DNA of 56,972 nucleotides, filler included, from Platydemus manokwari (taxonomy: Eukaryota): assembly GCA_037951405.1 (NCBI GenBank). It is 5 parts of 5 records of this genome, joined end to end, with 100 filler letters (N's around TTAATTAATTAA, not from the genome) between each part and the next. Parts side by side here need not be neighbours in the genome. Positions count along the whole stretch, not along the records: positions 20,172 to 36,495 come from JBBMOY011188099.1; positions 36,596 to 47,903 come from JBBMOY010774424.1; 3 more parts are not named here. One strand, written 5' to 3'. The notes beneath the pieces were generated by a model that did not search any database, was not told the origin of the DNA, and saw only the letters and a program-made list of their open reading frames with translations. The stretch's first letter is position 1; every line of letters begins with the position of its first letter. Both the position numbers and the translations under genes were made by a program. Positions 26,000 to 38,535 of the stretch are shown here, one piece after another.

Positions 26000-27400
26000 A
26001 GATTTGATAGCTACATGGAGAAAAGCATAAACTGATTCTCGTGGGATTTTATAAGAGCTCCTGAATAACTAGACAGACCATTATTCATTGTGGATATTAA
26101 ACAAAACACATAATAAAATGAAACAAAATATAAATTGAAGTCATAGAATATCAAGGAAAAAAATTCTGTGGTCATGGAAACACGAAAATATATTGCTTCA
26201 GTAGTTATTTTGTTTTCTGAATAATGTGATAACCAAAAAATTTTCATCTCAGATGGTTAATATTGGCTCTGAACAATATGACCAAAAAAAAGTTTCATTT
26301 GTGAAATCCTCTGCCATTACTCGATTCAATAATTCACATCTAATTGCAATAATGCGTTACAATATTATAATTTGTAATATTATTACTTATTTACACTCAT
26401 ATTATGTAATATCGATATTCTACCAATTTTTATCTACAAAGTCTGATTGGGACAATTATCATCATAAATTAATTTATATTCTAGTAATCTGAAAAATCCT
26501 AATATTTTTTTCAAAAATTTTCCTATGATGATTCATAAACTTTTTTGTTGTTTTCCTTTTATATGATCCTGCCTCTTTAATACATTGCTGTGGATTTCTT
26601 CCGAAAATAACTTCAAATGACGAATACCTTGCTGATTTGTGAAGTGACAACCGGAATTCATATTTAACATGTGTTATTACGTTATCCCACTACAAGTGAT
26701 TCATAATATTTTTCATGGTTTTAAAATTTTTGGATATGGGGATGAAATTATTCTCATTATTTCTTAGTTGATAACTTAGTCAGATATCAATATCGATTGA
26801 AAGTTTGTTTTATTATCCGAGTATATGCATTCCAGAGTTCCAAATTTGCTTATTCATTTCTTCCATAATGCTGAACATATTTAACTGAAATTGTAAATGT
26901 CGAATGCTGAATGCTGTATTCTCTTTTGCTCCTGGCTTCATGTACATTATCAAATATTTATTGTGCAATTCAGTATAGGAAAAAATGGGCTAAACGAAGC
27001 TTTATTCAACTTCCCATAATCTAGGCACATCCTGGTCGTTTAATATCATTTTCCTCACTAAACCTATTTAGAAATTCCACACTGAATTACCTGGGCTAAT
27101 ACCTTTTGATTTCGGCACTCCATTAATTAGATGTTTAACCTTTTTTTCTAATCCTAATGGAATTTTACGGGATTTCATAGCTATTTGAAGGTCAATGTTT
27201 GTTTATATGTTATAGAACCCTCATAAGCTCATTTTTATCCTTAGGATTTCATTTATCATCTAAGCTTTGATTAACAGTTTTTATTTTCTCATCTCATATA
27301 CTTTCTATGTTATCTGAACACAAGTTATACAAGCAAACTAAAATATCAATGCTTTCAATTTTCTTATATTTATCCCTTCTACATAACATAAATTCGTTCA
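26000..27400 (-). mobile_element. Degraded Ty3/gypsy pol (RT and integrase remnants)
   Basis: SRKIPLGLEKKVKHLI...ISPGNSVWNF*IGLVRK / RMCLDYGKLNK / KENTAFSI (RT N-terminus), then HKSARYSSFEVIFGRNP (integrase C-terminal 'SPFxllFGR'). Confidence 0.75.
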
Positions 27401-27538
27401 GCTAGACATCTTCTTAATCCATTCTCAATTTACTTCAATCTTACCAAAATATATCTGTTATTTGATTTAAGCAACAAATTTCCTCTTTACTTTGTCTCTC
27501 TTATCTACTACAATAAGTACATACTCACAAGTACTCAC

Positions 27539-27634
27539 CAACTTCTAAAACCACATCATTTGCTAATAGTAATTGCTTTTCATTCTGGATCTCCTCTTCC
27601 ACTTCCGTCGAATTCCGACTCTCAAAGCCCACAT
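27539..27634 (-). CDS. Candidate 96-nt frame-preserving exon
   Basis: Minus-strand acceptor ttgttAG and strong donor G|GTGAGT; open frame (D)VGFESRNSTEVEEEIQNEKQLLLANDVVLEV. May instead belong to the adjacent gypsy remnant. Confidence 0.4.
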
Positions 27635-27834
27635 CTAACAATCAAATATAATATCTATACCTATGTGCATTAAAAGCATTTTATGATTTTAATAACTTTA
27701 AAGTATATCAAATTTAATAATAAAATCTTAATAAAAGTAAAGTTGAATTTAACAAATACAAACACTAAATCGCCTAATTGTCAAAGAAAGCATAATTCCA
27801 AAAAGATATTTACAAATTTTGAATTACAGAAATG

Positions 27835-28425
27835 ATTGGAACGAGTTAAACCTCACATTAACTTTAACATTTCTTCAGATTCAAATTAACTTTATATTTT
27901 TAAAAAAATTAATTTATTAAGTATTTACATTAATAAAAAAACATATTCTATTTATAATATTTATTATCATGATATCACATGTATATCGATTCATATCGAT
28001 ATACAAAAAAGTTTCGAATGGTGAATATCAATCACAGCAATAGAAACATTTCGTGATTGCAGCATATTAAATTTATAAATAAAATATTTATAAATGCAAA
28101 GTATAATTAATTTAATATAATCACCAAAATGTCCAATTGTTTAAGAAAAGTTGATTTTCTAAATATAGTTCACAATACTAAATAATCGATACTATTGGAA
28201 CAAGTTAAACCTGACATTAACTTTAATTTAATTTCAAATTCAAACTAACTTTACTTTAAGTATTTATAATAATAATAAATAGGTTCTATTTATAATATTT
28301 ATTATCATGATATCACATGTTTATCGATTAACATTGGAATCGGTGGTGATATACACGATTAAATATTTCAAATAAGTGCAATAAAGTTTCTAATGATAAT
28401 TATCAATCATAGTAATAGAAATATT
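27835..28425. repeat. Imperfect direct duplication of about 220 bp (period about 360 bp)
   Basis: attggaac(g/a)agttaaacct(c/g)acattaactttaa...ttctatttataatatttattatcatgatatcacatgt...aagtttc.aatg.t.a.tatcaatca occurs at ~27835-28050 and ~28194-28425. Confidence 0.85.
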
Positions 28426-28461
28426 AATTCATTTGAAGAATGAGGCATCCTTCATTTTCTA

Positions 28462-29222
28462 TTATTGAATAATGTGGTACCCTTGCCACACGTCGTTATT
28501 ATTTTTCCAACTAGCCGGTAGAGTGCTCATGGCAAATTTAACCAATACACATTGTTTTCGATCATCATTGTAGTAGAATGACTTGCAATTATCATCTCGA
28601 AGACATCTAAAATTATAATATTTATATAATATTATCCAATGGTAAAAGCCATAAACTGTGTTCCACAATGCAATTTAGTTTTCGAATTGATTTCTTCTTG
28701 ACAGCCGATTTCATTGTCATTATTATAGATGTTTTCGATATCGATTTTATAATATTTCGAATTTATCTTTGTACGATTTACACTAACACACAAACTTTTA
28801 CGTTTGTTGTTACATGGAACATCATAAACCCCGTCATAATAACTTAATGAGCAGTCTTCACTTCCACCTTGAAAATTCGGTTCATCATTCTTCCAAATTA
28901 TTGTATGTTTAGATAATGATCCGTCGGTATTCATCCATCCATTTTTATTAGTATATCGTTCGTTGAACAAATCTGTCATTCCTAAAATAAATAAAATGTT
29001 ATTCGGAAGGCAAGGCCTAATTATTTGTATTTCGGTATCCATCGGTAATCTTCCATTCATTGAATAACACCATTCAGAAGCTTCACAATATGATCGCGAT
29101 TGATCTTCAAAATGATAACAGAGTGTTCCACATGGTTTGTAATTAATTGGACATCTCATTCCTTCTGATTTATCAAAAAGGAACAAAAAGACAATTAGTA
29201 TCATCTCAAAAATAACAAACAT
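28462..29222 (-). CDS. Secreted C-type lectin (EPN) plus PAN/apple domain protein, two exons (29222-28657, 28606-28462), 236 aa
   Basis: Signal peptide MFVIFEMILIVFLFLFDKSEG; CTLD with C-x10-CY, EASEWC, WKNDEPNFQGGSEDC and VYDVPC. A 50-nt GT...AG intron (28607-28656) joins the two ORFs in frame to give KLHCGTQCLRDDNCKSFYYN...QCVL (PAN/apple Cys pattern). Confidence 0.9.
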
Positions 29223-29849
29223 GAAAAAACCTTTTAGTTATGCTGATTTTATTATCCAATGAAAATTGTTTCAATATTCAATTTTATATTTTTATTTCTT
29301 ACCTCTAGTTTTCCTTTAAATTAGATTATTTTATTATGTATTCATCATCTAACAAATTTTGGCAAATATTTTATATTTTTAACGCCATACGCAGCAATAG
29401 CTTCATTGACACTCTTAGTCGTTCTTTTTCTCGGTGAGCTTTGAGAACGTAGAGACTCTACATAACTAAATTTGAAAGCCTAAAATCGAGACATAACCTA
29501 ATATTGGTTCATTCTTTCTTCAATATACAACTGCATTGGATATTCTACGTTGATATAAACTCTCAATTTATGTTATTTTAACTTTAGTTTATAATTGGTT
29601 CATTAATCTTTTTTTGTTTATAAGATACTATTTTGAGAACTTTCATATTACTAATAATAATTTAACACAAATATATCAAAGTTTTTCAAATAATCACAAG
29701 TAAAAGCGGAATTTTAGACTAATAATGTGGAATACTGTTTTATACAGATGCTTTAAGTACTATAGAAAAACTATGAAAAAATTGAAGAAGTTAAAAAAGA
29801 AAAAGAAGTGCAGGACTACGTATCAACCCAGAAAAGCGCAATATCGGAT

Positions 29850-32800
29850 AAAATAAATTAGGGTCCTAGGTTTTATTGCAAGCAATTGAAAATTTTGAAA
29901 CTTCAATGTGTACAAAGAATCTATGGAGTTTTCATGGAATTTGCGGATATTACATGAGATTTGTAAAGATTTATTTTACTTCTCCATGTTTTGATCCTTT
30001 TATTTGAAAGAATATAAAAATTGATTCTAATGCTTCTTCAATTGTCACAGCTTGGCTATTCAATCCAGCACTTTTGCAGAGAATTTTATAGCCGACATCC
30101 TAATAATTTCATGTTCGCTCATTAATAGATAATACATGTGGGTGATTGATTGTATTGTTTACTTCTCCATCGTGCTTCGTAGTTCACAACACCATTGGAA
30201 TTTGTAGAGTATACGTAATTAGATGGTCAAAATTCTGTTTTCAGGTATTTTCTTATCATCACATCGAAATGCAGTAATCTACTATTAATGACAGTAATTT
30301 CTCATGTAGAACGTCACTCTGGTGTGTACAAACAACTCAAAGGCCCTTAGATTCTGCAATCTTAGTAAAATGCAATTTTCAAGTTTTATCACAGTTTTTA
30401 TGTCGATGAACAGACCTTCTGTTGTAATATGTAACTTCAAATATAAGTTCACTTCTAAGTAGAGATAGTGCTCTTCTACACTGATCCTAGGAATTTCCTT
30501 ATTGTAGATCAAGAATTCCAACGCGTTAGTACTTGGTCTTTGATTATGTAAGTGAAAATGTGGACTTTGAACTTGAAACCAAGTTGGAACCTGAGAGCCG
30601 AATATTGATTTATTATCATTTGGAGTCCATTTTTGTTTTTGGCAATAAATTTCATGTCATCTGCATATGCAAAGCATGAAATTGGGTGATTTGCAATTAT
30701 CAGACCTCCAATAAGACAGTTGTCCATTTGTACAAAGATTGGATTGATGGCTATGTTGAATAAAAGCATATAGATTGGGCAACCCTGTTGGACCCCCAAA
30801 TCAATTGTAATTGGTTTCGTTTAAAAATCTAATTATTCTGATGGCAGTTTCAGTCAGCTTTATATGTTCAAAGATTGTGGACATCGCTTCAAGATCTAAT
30901 GAGTGGAAAGCTTCTTTCTTGTCTAAAAATTCGATGTGAACATTATCAATATTTTTCTTGATGTGTTTTTCAATAAAAAGTTGTGTTCGGCAAACCTGTT
31001 ATTTGGACTTCGACTCTTCTGAAGTGGATGTATTAAGTTGTTTACATCAATCCAATTCTTCAGTTAATTGCATAGAAGAGCTGCTGTCGATCAGATCAAT
31101 AGGGTACTAGTAGTTAACTTGATTATAATGACCCTCTTTCATGGGTTTCGTTATCATTAATGTAGTATATGTTTCCCATATCTCTGATATTTCTTGATTA
31201 TCTAGACATTTCCTGAAAATCTTGTCATTGAGTTTTGTCTCTCGGTCTGCATATAGAATATCTTTATAATTTATATTGTTTCTCCCAGGAAAGCTTGAAT
31301 TCTTTTTGGAAAAGGTTGCATAAATTGTTTCTAGTTCAGTTCTGCTGAAGTCAAAACTTTGGCCCATTTTAGTAGTTTTATTTAATGAGTAATAATTTTT
31401 CATGGTCTTGTACACGATCGGTCGCAATCAGGAAGATCTGTTTTTTGGTTTTTTTGTGAAATTATTTTTGAAGTCTTTTTGAATAAGTAGATAGGGCGAG
31501 GTTAAACAGTCTCCTTAGTTTCAGGTCAGTTTCATCTCTTTATTTATCAATGGTTCTACCCAAGCATGTGTTAGTTGATGATTTAATTGTGCATACACAG
31601 CGAATGACTTCACGGTATTTTATTAAACATTTCTTCTAATGTTTCATTTATAAAGTTAGCCAGTTCTTCTGCTAGTGACTTCCTGATTTCAAGTGTATCT
31701 TTTTGGGGAATTATCAGCAATACATATTATTTGTTTCCCCCTCTTGACCTTCCATTTATATTCAAGGATAGCCTTATTTGCGTTTTTTCTTTATTGTCTT
31801 TATTTTTATTTTCATCAGATAAAAATTATGGTTGATGTTCAACAAATACTGAAATACCAGTGGTCCACTGTCCCAAAAATTGCATTATAACAGCCTGGTT
31901 TTTGTAGGCTCAATTTCTTTCAGACGTTCTTTGTTTAATATCATTATGAAAATATTTCTATTTTGATTATTGAGGAATTTTGTTCTTTGATCATCTGTAT
32001 CATCACCTTCAGGCTCCAGAAATTTGATTGATTTTTCTGTTATAAATATGACCTCTACTATCCAGCGTTTAGAATTCACCCGAGGTAAACAAAAGATAAC
32101 TTCCCTGTATTAGAAATTATTAAACGACAAATTTACCAGAATATGTTCAGCGTTATCGATTCTTAAGGCTCTGTCAATATAAAGGATCGAGTAATAGAAA
32201 TTTATTTCTCTAAATTATTTTTTATATAAGGCCATGATGGGTCTTTCTGTAAAGAGAATATGGTCATTCTGATATTTCGGCAGTACCCAGTTGATTGGAT
32301 CAGGTGAAATGTTTTGTTTAAATTTTATTTTGATATTTCTGACGTCTATGCTTATGCATGATTTGTTATTGCTACGCAATCAATTTAGTCGCATATTAAT
32401 GGGAAGCATTCAAAGTTATTTGTTTGTCGTTCTTTCTTATCGAAGAAGTTCCTTTTTAACTTTGAATTTTTACAAAGTATGTCTTTGTATTTGAATGTGG
32501 TACATTTTTTCTTCGCTTTGATTTCGTTTTATTTAAGAATTCATCATTACTCAATGTTTCAGGTATACCCCCCCTCGAATGGGCATTCCACTAGTAGTAT
32601 CCAGTGCTGGTTTTTTGCACGTTAATCGGAGCAAGGACGGTTTCACATGTTGTGGGCTGCATTGGATTGATACCAACTTCTCTGAGATTTGCTCACTTGT
32701 AATTATTCCTGCAACATTGCTAATGATGAACAGGTAATCATTTAACTTAACATGTGTTGATATATATTTATCAATCTGATCTTCGAAGAAACTTTTGACA

Positions 32801-34070
32801 TGTGGCACTGAGGCCCTTTTGATTGCTACATATAAGGCTCAAATGGAATCCCGTCAATATTCAGATTCCGTGCACCCCACTGGAGCTGGTATGGTTGACA
32901 GGGATCATTCTTGTTTACATTTGGTGTCGACTTTATGGCTTTTCCATCTATAAGGCTTAGCATTTTTTCTAGATTTGAAGTGAATTTTTTGTTTTCGAGG
33001 ATATACCGGATCACGTGAAGTGTGGTTGCTATATTGAGATGGGATACTGGGATATTATTATGGTTTCGGTTAGTACCTTTACCACATGTTTTCATGTTTG
33101 TATGCTTCACATTGCTGTCCTTGTGGCTTTCTTCAAATATTTTTCTAAATTTATCTAAAGTTGTTTTGAGATGCAGTTTAGTTTTTAGCGATCTTATGTC
33201 AATATTAAGATACCATGATTTGTCGGAGTAAATAGTAGCAGAAATAAGAGTTCTCCGTTTTTACATGGAATACATATCATTTTTTCTTTCATTTTTCTTG
33301 TAAGGTAAATTAGTGATGAATTTATATTGAGTTTTTGATTTTCTTATTTAAACTGTAGAGTATAATCTCACAAACCAGATCCCTTTCAGAAGTATTGTCA
33401 TGTTTTTCTCCTTATCATTTTGAAACCTTCGTCATCTAGTGTTTTTTTTGTTTTTTGCTTGAATTCATGTTGTATGTGTATCGCTTGATCTCGGTATTCT
33501 TGGGATTATCTTTACTAAAAACATTCTTCCAGTTCACAGATTTTACAACACTTGGATAGGATGGTCTTGCATTGAGGTGCTACTGCCTGTTCTCTAAGTG
33601 AGAGCATCTGTTCTTATTTTCAATCGGGTAATTTGATAAAAATTTCTCCAAAACTCTGGCCAACCGATTAATTTGTTTGTAACTATTCAGCGCACCATTT
33701 TGCCTAGCTTTGGTATTGCTGGTGCTGGGAGGTCGTGATCTTCTATGAGCAATTCTCTTAGGACTGTAGATATTGTAAGGCTGATCAATATTTTTTGAGT
33801 ACTCGTAAAAATTACCTAACCTTTCGGGTTATCTTTTTTGTCGAGTAAGTTTAGGTTTTTCTCTGGTGATTTGTTTAGTCAATTTTGAATAATTGTAGTT
33901 CGGGTTTCCCCTGGTTCTCTTTTCATAATTTTCCTTGTCATCCTTGTAGGAATACTTATCAAAATCATCTTTAATGTCAGATGGCAAAAGACCTTTTAAC
34001 GAATTGACCAACAGAAAATGCATGATAAACTTAATTTGCATTAGCTTTGAGGAAAATCGCAATTGAAACT
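29850..34070 (-). mobile_element. Degraded NeSL-like non-LTR retrotransposon (Ulp1-like, RT, endonuclease remnants)
   Basis: RT: SSFPGRNNINY...WETYTTLMITK (31107-31427), GVQQGCPIYMLLFNIAINP and FAYADDM (30509-30799). Ulp1-like: NSKRWIVEVIF...KFLEP (31885-32079) and QFWDSGPLVFQYLL (~31845-31885). Lys-rich upstream frames to ~34060. Same domain order as 42650-47700. Confidence 0.8.
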
Positions 34071-36495
34071 GTTTCTAAGTCTCGATTTTTCTAAAAGGTA
34101 ATTTTAAATAAAAAATAAAGATTTAATATAAAAATGTGAGCATTTTATGTTTTAAAAACAGTAAATAAATCAGATGAAAATAAACTCAAATATTTTAAAA
34201 CTTGTTTAAATTGATGTACGGAAAATGTATTGTTTTGTTCGGTTGGAAACATGTCATTTATTTTGAATATTAAAAATACTAACAAAACTTAAAATGACTT
34301 AAAGCACCGATATTCTTTTCTAATGTAGACATATTGTTTTGAACATTTCTTAGATATCCACTGTTTTTAAAGATTCTCTAAATTTTTTTAAAAATACTTT
34401 ATATTGTTTGGATTTCTTCATCTCTTTGAGACTTTCTAACTTTGTCTTTATTTTCAATATCTCACAAACGCTATAATTTACATATCCCATATAATATATT
34501 TTATTCATGTGAGAACCGAAAACCTTAATTTTTTAGAAACATTCAAATTTCCCGATAAACAAAATAACACTCATCAAAAGAACAAAGCACTTATGAATAA
34601 GGTTCACATGAGGCTTTTAAACATCTTGTCTCTAGCAATTGGATTAGAGATTTTATGTGATTAATATGGGGCTTAATTAAATTAAAATTGAAGAAATAGA
34701 AATATTAAATATGATAATGTGATCCAAACACTAGCACTATTTTGGTCCAGGTTTACTGCAATCTTTGTTGTCCTGATTTTCTTTTCAATACATGATTAAT
34801 TAACCATTTTAACTGAAAATTTAAATTTTTCAATAAATAAGTATCTTGTTTATTTTAAATTTAAGCCGGATAAGTATCACACTCGGTGAATATCAAAAGG
34901 TTTTCATTTCATTCATTCTTGAATCATGGAATCGCCAAAAATATTTTCATAACTTGATGACGCCATAAAACATTCTTGTCCTAATATTAAATTATCTTAC
35001 AATATTGAATTAAAAGGAATGCAGTCAACAAATTTGATTGAAATCTGCACTGGCGATTCACGCGGTACAGATAGACCTGCTTTTAATATATTAATGGATA
35101 AAAAAACACAGCGGTTGCCATTGAATTAACGAAATGGATTATTTTCACAACATAGTTTCAACAAATTCAAAGCAGATTCTTTTGATATTTCATTTTTAAA
35201 CAAACCCACAATGACGTCACTTTAAATTTCAATGTTAATTTTCAAAATATTTCTGTCGACAATTATATTTTATCGATAACCGTCAAATTTTACTTTTAAT
35301 TTTATTCATTTTGAATTAGCTTATAATTCTTTAATGGGTGTTTTGAGCGCTTTTCTGTCCATAAATAGGATTATTAATAAATATTATTAATATCGCTACT
35401 ATATCATTATATATATATAGAATATTAATAATTATATTTACAAGAATATATAAGAGTAGAGCAGTGTTTAGTGAATAACGTTAAAATTGTGTCGTCTCAT
35501 AAAGAAATATCAAATGCATGTGTCAATGTCATGTAAAATTTGTGAAATTTTATAAATAAACTCTTAATAAGTTACACAATTTTTCATTTTTATCATCAAA
35601 TTATTAATCAATAAATTTTCCTTTACTGATACACGTCAAACCTGTCATTTTAAATGTTCTTATTCAAATAAAAGCGAATCGAATAATGAGTTCATTTACC
35701 AAATCAATAATCATTGGCGGTGATGAAATAACTAAACTGACTGGCAACTAACCGACTGAAGTGCACATTGTCTTTTGATCTTCGATTATGTAGTGACATA
35801 TATTTGATTCTCATTCACTTTTCCTTTTAAGGCTATTTTTTTTATTTTCCTTTTAGGCTATTAAATATCTTTATAATGTACGTGAGTTAAGACAGATATC
35901 GGGTCCTTGTGGAAACTCTACAAATCCGGTATCATTTAAAATTGTGATTCAAATCAAGTTGCATATTGCTTTTCATGATGCATCTTTAATAATAGTTCTG
36001 AATGCTTCAGGTCGTAGTGCTTTATTATGATATTCATTATAATGTATTCACTGATACCTGATGTAAACACAATTTTAATCATGTTTGAGAAGAAAAGGAT
36101 TTCATTGGCATGAAATGTCATTTTTACGCGTTAAAAATACTTTACTAGATAAAATAACAAAATCTTAATTCCTATTTAGACTAACCAAAATAAATCGAAA
36201 TAACAACAGTGACCTATTCATATTCATTATAAAGACCATTTTTATATTTTTTCCACAGCAAGCTAAAGACCAATTAATAAGGTTCATAAACTTGTACACG
36301 CTTGTGTTGTTAACAGTATTAAATTTCACCCAAAATAGTTAATGGATATATATTAATTAATATATTGGGTCTATAACTTAATAACCGGAATTTGACACCA
36401 GATGTAAACACTTGTGTTTGTGCTGTAGCAAATCATTAACATACACGTCATTTTGAAGCTCTATTCATAAGCTATCAAAATCAGTCAACATTGTT

Positions 36496-36595
36496 NNNNN
36501 NNNNNNNNNNNNNNNNNNNNNNNNNNNNNNNNNNNNNNNTTAATTAATTAANNNNNNNNNNNNNNNNNNNNNNNNNNNNNNNNNNNNNNNNNNNN
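36496..36595. other. Artificial contig-joining spacer
   Basis: N44-TTAATTAATTAA-N44. Confidence 0.95.
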
Positions 36596-36711
36596 AACAA
36601 CTGATAAATAAATGGTAACAGCTGTTGACAATGAGTGAACACAAAGCATATCACAAACATCTCATTTAAATACCGACGATCATGTAAGAAAACGAAATAT
36701 TGGAAAAATAT

Positions 36712-37242
36712 TTATTTAAATAAAATATTGCTACTGTTCTTGTTCTGTTCTTCTTCTTTCATCATTTTTACAACTCCGGGAAACAGTGATTGGACGTTCG
36801 TGTTATTCACATTGAAATATATACTGCACAGAACTAGTTTTTGCATTTCCGATTCTGTAGTATTGATACAACCGACCCCTCGATCATTGAAATCATTTAT
36901 GAAACTCACTACTTGTGATTGACTCAAAACAGCATTCCATGATTTTGGATGAAAATTGGTGTATGAAAAACATAATGATTTTGATGTTTCGAAAAGACCA
37001 CTGGAAGTTATCATGACAATATTTGGTGGACTGAATGGATAATTAATCGGTAGCTGTATTCTACCAAAATAGAATTCGCCTTCAAAAGGTGTTCCTTCTG
37101 ATCCCTCGATAATATAATACCATGTGAGCATATTTTCTGGATAGAATTGCAAATGTATTTTAGGAATTTGAATCTCTTTAATATATTTAATATCTCTCAT
37201 TAAACGATTTTCTTTCCTTATATTCAACATTGTCGATATCAT
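36712..37242 (-). CDS. Ubiquitin-conjugating enzyme E2, UBE2J2/Ubc6-like; intronless, no C-terminal TM anchor
   Basis: RLMRD...ENMLTWYYIIEGSEGTPFEGEFYFGRIQLPINYPFSPPNIVMITSSGLF...LCFSYTNFHPKSWN is the Ubc6-family signature (TPxGRF...LCLSxsDfHPxxWN). Catalytic Cys is retained; the 176-aa ORF ends without a hydrophobic tail. Confidence 0.85.
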   Translation of the reverse strand: MISTMLNIRKENRLMRDIKYIKEIQIPKIHLQFYPENMLTWYYIIEGSEGTPFEGEFYFGRIQLPINYPFSPPNIVMITSSGLFETSKSLCFSYTNFHPKSWNAVLSQSQVVSFINDFNDRGVGCINTTESEMQKLVLCSIYFNVNNTNVQSLFPGVVKMMKEEEQNKNSSNILFK

Positions 37243-38151
37243 TTTGTTTTAATTGATTTAAACGATCTAATTTAAACAAAATAATGAATTAATTAAAATA
37301 ATCAATCAATAAATTGAGTTATTTTAAAAATCTTTGACAAAATTGCTCCACTCACATAGATGACTTGGAAATTGAAAATCTCTATTTCAAATGATAAATA
37401 CTCTCCTTGTCTGATATATAGGAATGGAAGCGATCTCGTAACACGAAGAAAATTGTAAGATATTAAAATCAATATCCCATGTTTCTCATTATCATTCCCA
37501 TTATTATTTTTTTCAAATTCTCAAATAAATCATTTTATTTTCTCCTCACAATCTTTAATATTAAGCTTGTGAATAGAAAATCAATTTCCAATCAATATTA
37601 ATACAGATTTAAAAATTCTACAATTCAACTAATATTGATCGGATCATTCATTGTAATATCGATTTTTGTCCATTTTGGAATTTCTTATAATTTATTTACA
37701 AATTTTAAATCGTCGTTCTTATCATCACGATCACTGGCATCCGACAAGTATTGCCATTTAAGTGCATGATAATCAATTCTAATCACTTCTAGTACCAGAT
37801 TACTACAATTTCAATAAAAAAATAAACTGAAAAGCTCTCACAAATAAATAGATATTTTTTTTAAATTATTGTTTTGTTATAAATTGTCTCGCATATCGAT
37901 ATTTTATAGTTAATCAATATTCCAATAAGCATTAAACTATAAAGCATTTAGAAATATCAAAATCCATGTTTTGTTGTATAAGAATTGGAAATAAATTTAT
38001 GATAAAATTGAGATCATAAAAATGATATAAATGTGTTTTCCACTTTTAATTCTGAAAAATGTGGAAAATAATTATATCAAAAATATGGCCTGTTGCTATA
38101 GTTATTGGTTATAAAATAATTACGTAAGATTATCATGATAATATTGGTAAT

Positions 38152-38152
<1 letters not shown>

Positions 38153-38229
<77 letters not shown>
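38153..38229. repeat. (AAT)n microsatellite, about 25 units
   Basis: Perfect aat run. Confidence 0.98.
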
Positions 38230-38353
38230 TTTATTTTGGGAAATTCGTTCAAGTATAGATAACCTCTATTAAAGACATTCTCAATGACTAAGAGTGCAAT
38301 ATATTTAAATCGTGTTATTGTCATTCAGATGGATTGGAGCTGAATATTTGAAT

Positions 38354-38535
38354 TCATTTCACTGATTTTGATGACACTATCAATGCTTCATACAATTCAT
38401 CTCCTGTCGGAACATTCCATTCAATTGGTGCTATAAATCCATGGCTATCAGACCAATCAGGTCGTACTTCGAAACTGTGCGAATATTTGAAACCCACTCT
38501 CTTTATCCAGTCATCGCACCACCAGAAGCTTCGTA
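38354..38535 (-). pseudogene. Carboxypeptidase A/B (M14A) terminal exon, frameshifted
   Basis: YEASGG / (1-nt frameshift) DDWIKRVGFKYSHSFEVRPDWSDSHGFIAPIEWNVPTGDELYEAL* matches the M14A C-terminus YxASGGSxDW...KYSxtFELR...GFllP...iPTgeE, including the catalytic Glu270 equivalent. Confidence 0.8.

Noticed and set aside
35875-36125. Minus-strand frame with several in-frame TGA codons, suggesting TGA=Trp recoding
   Set aside because: A TAA is also in frame, intact genes in the window use TGG for Trp, and no family is recognised; more likely a decayed sequence.
37690-37805. NLVLEVIRIDYHALKW...DDLKFV resembling a DUF4116-type repeat (a viral neighbour for the E2?)
   Set aside because: Single short weak match interrupted by stops.
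38153-38229. (TAA)n as a target of Dong/R4-like elements
   Set aside because: More than 4 kb from the retrotransposon end; an ordinary microsatellite.
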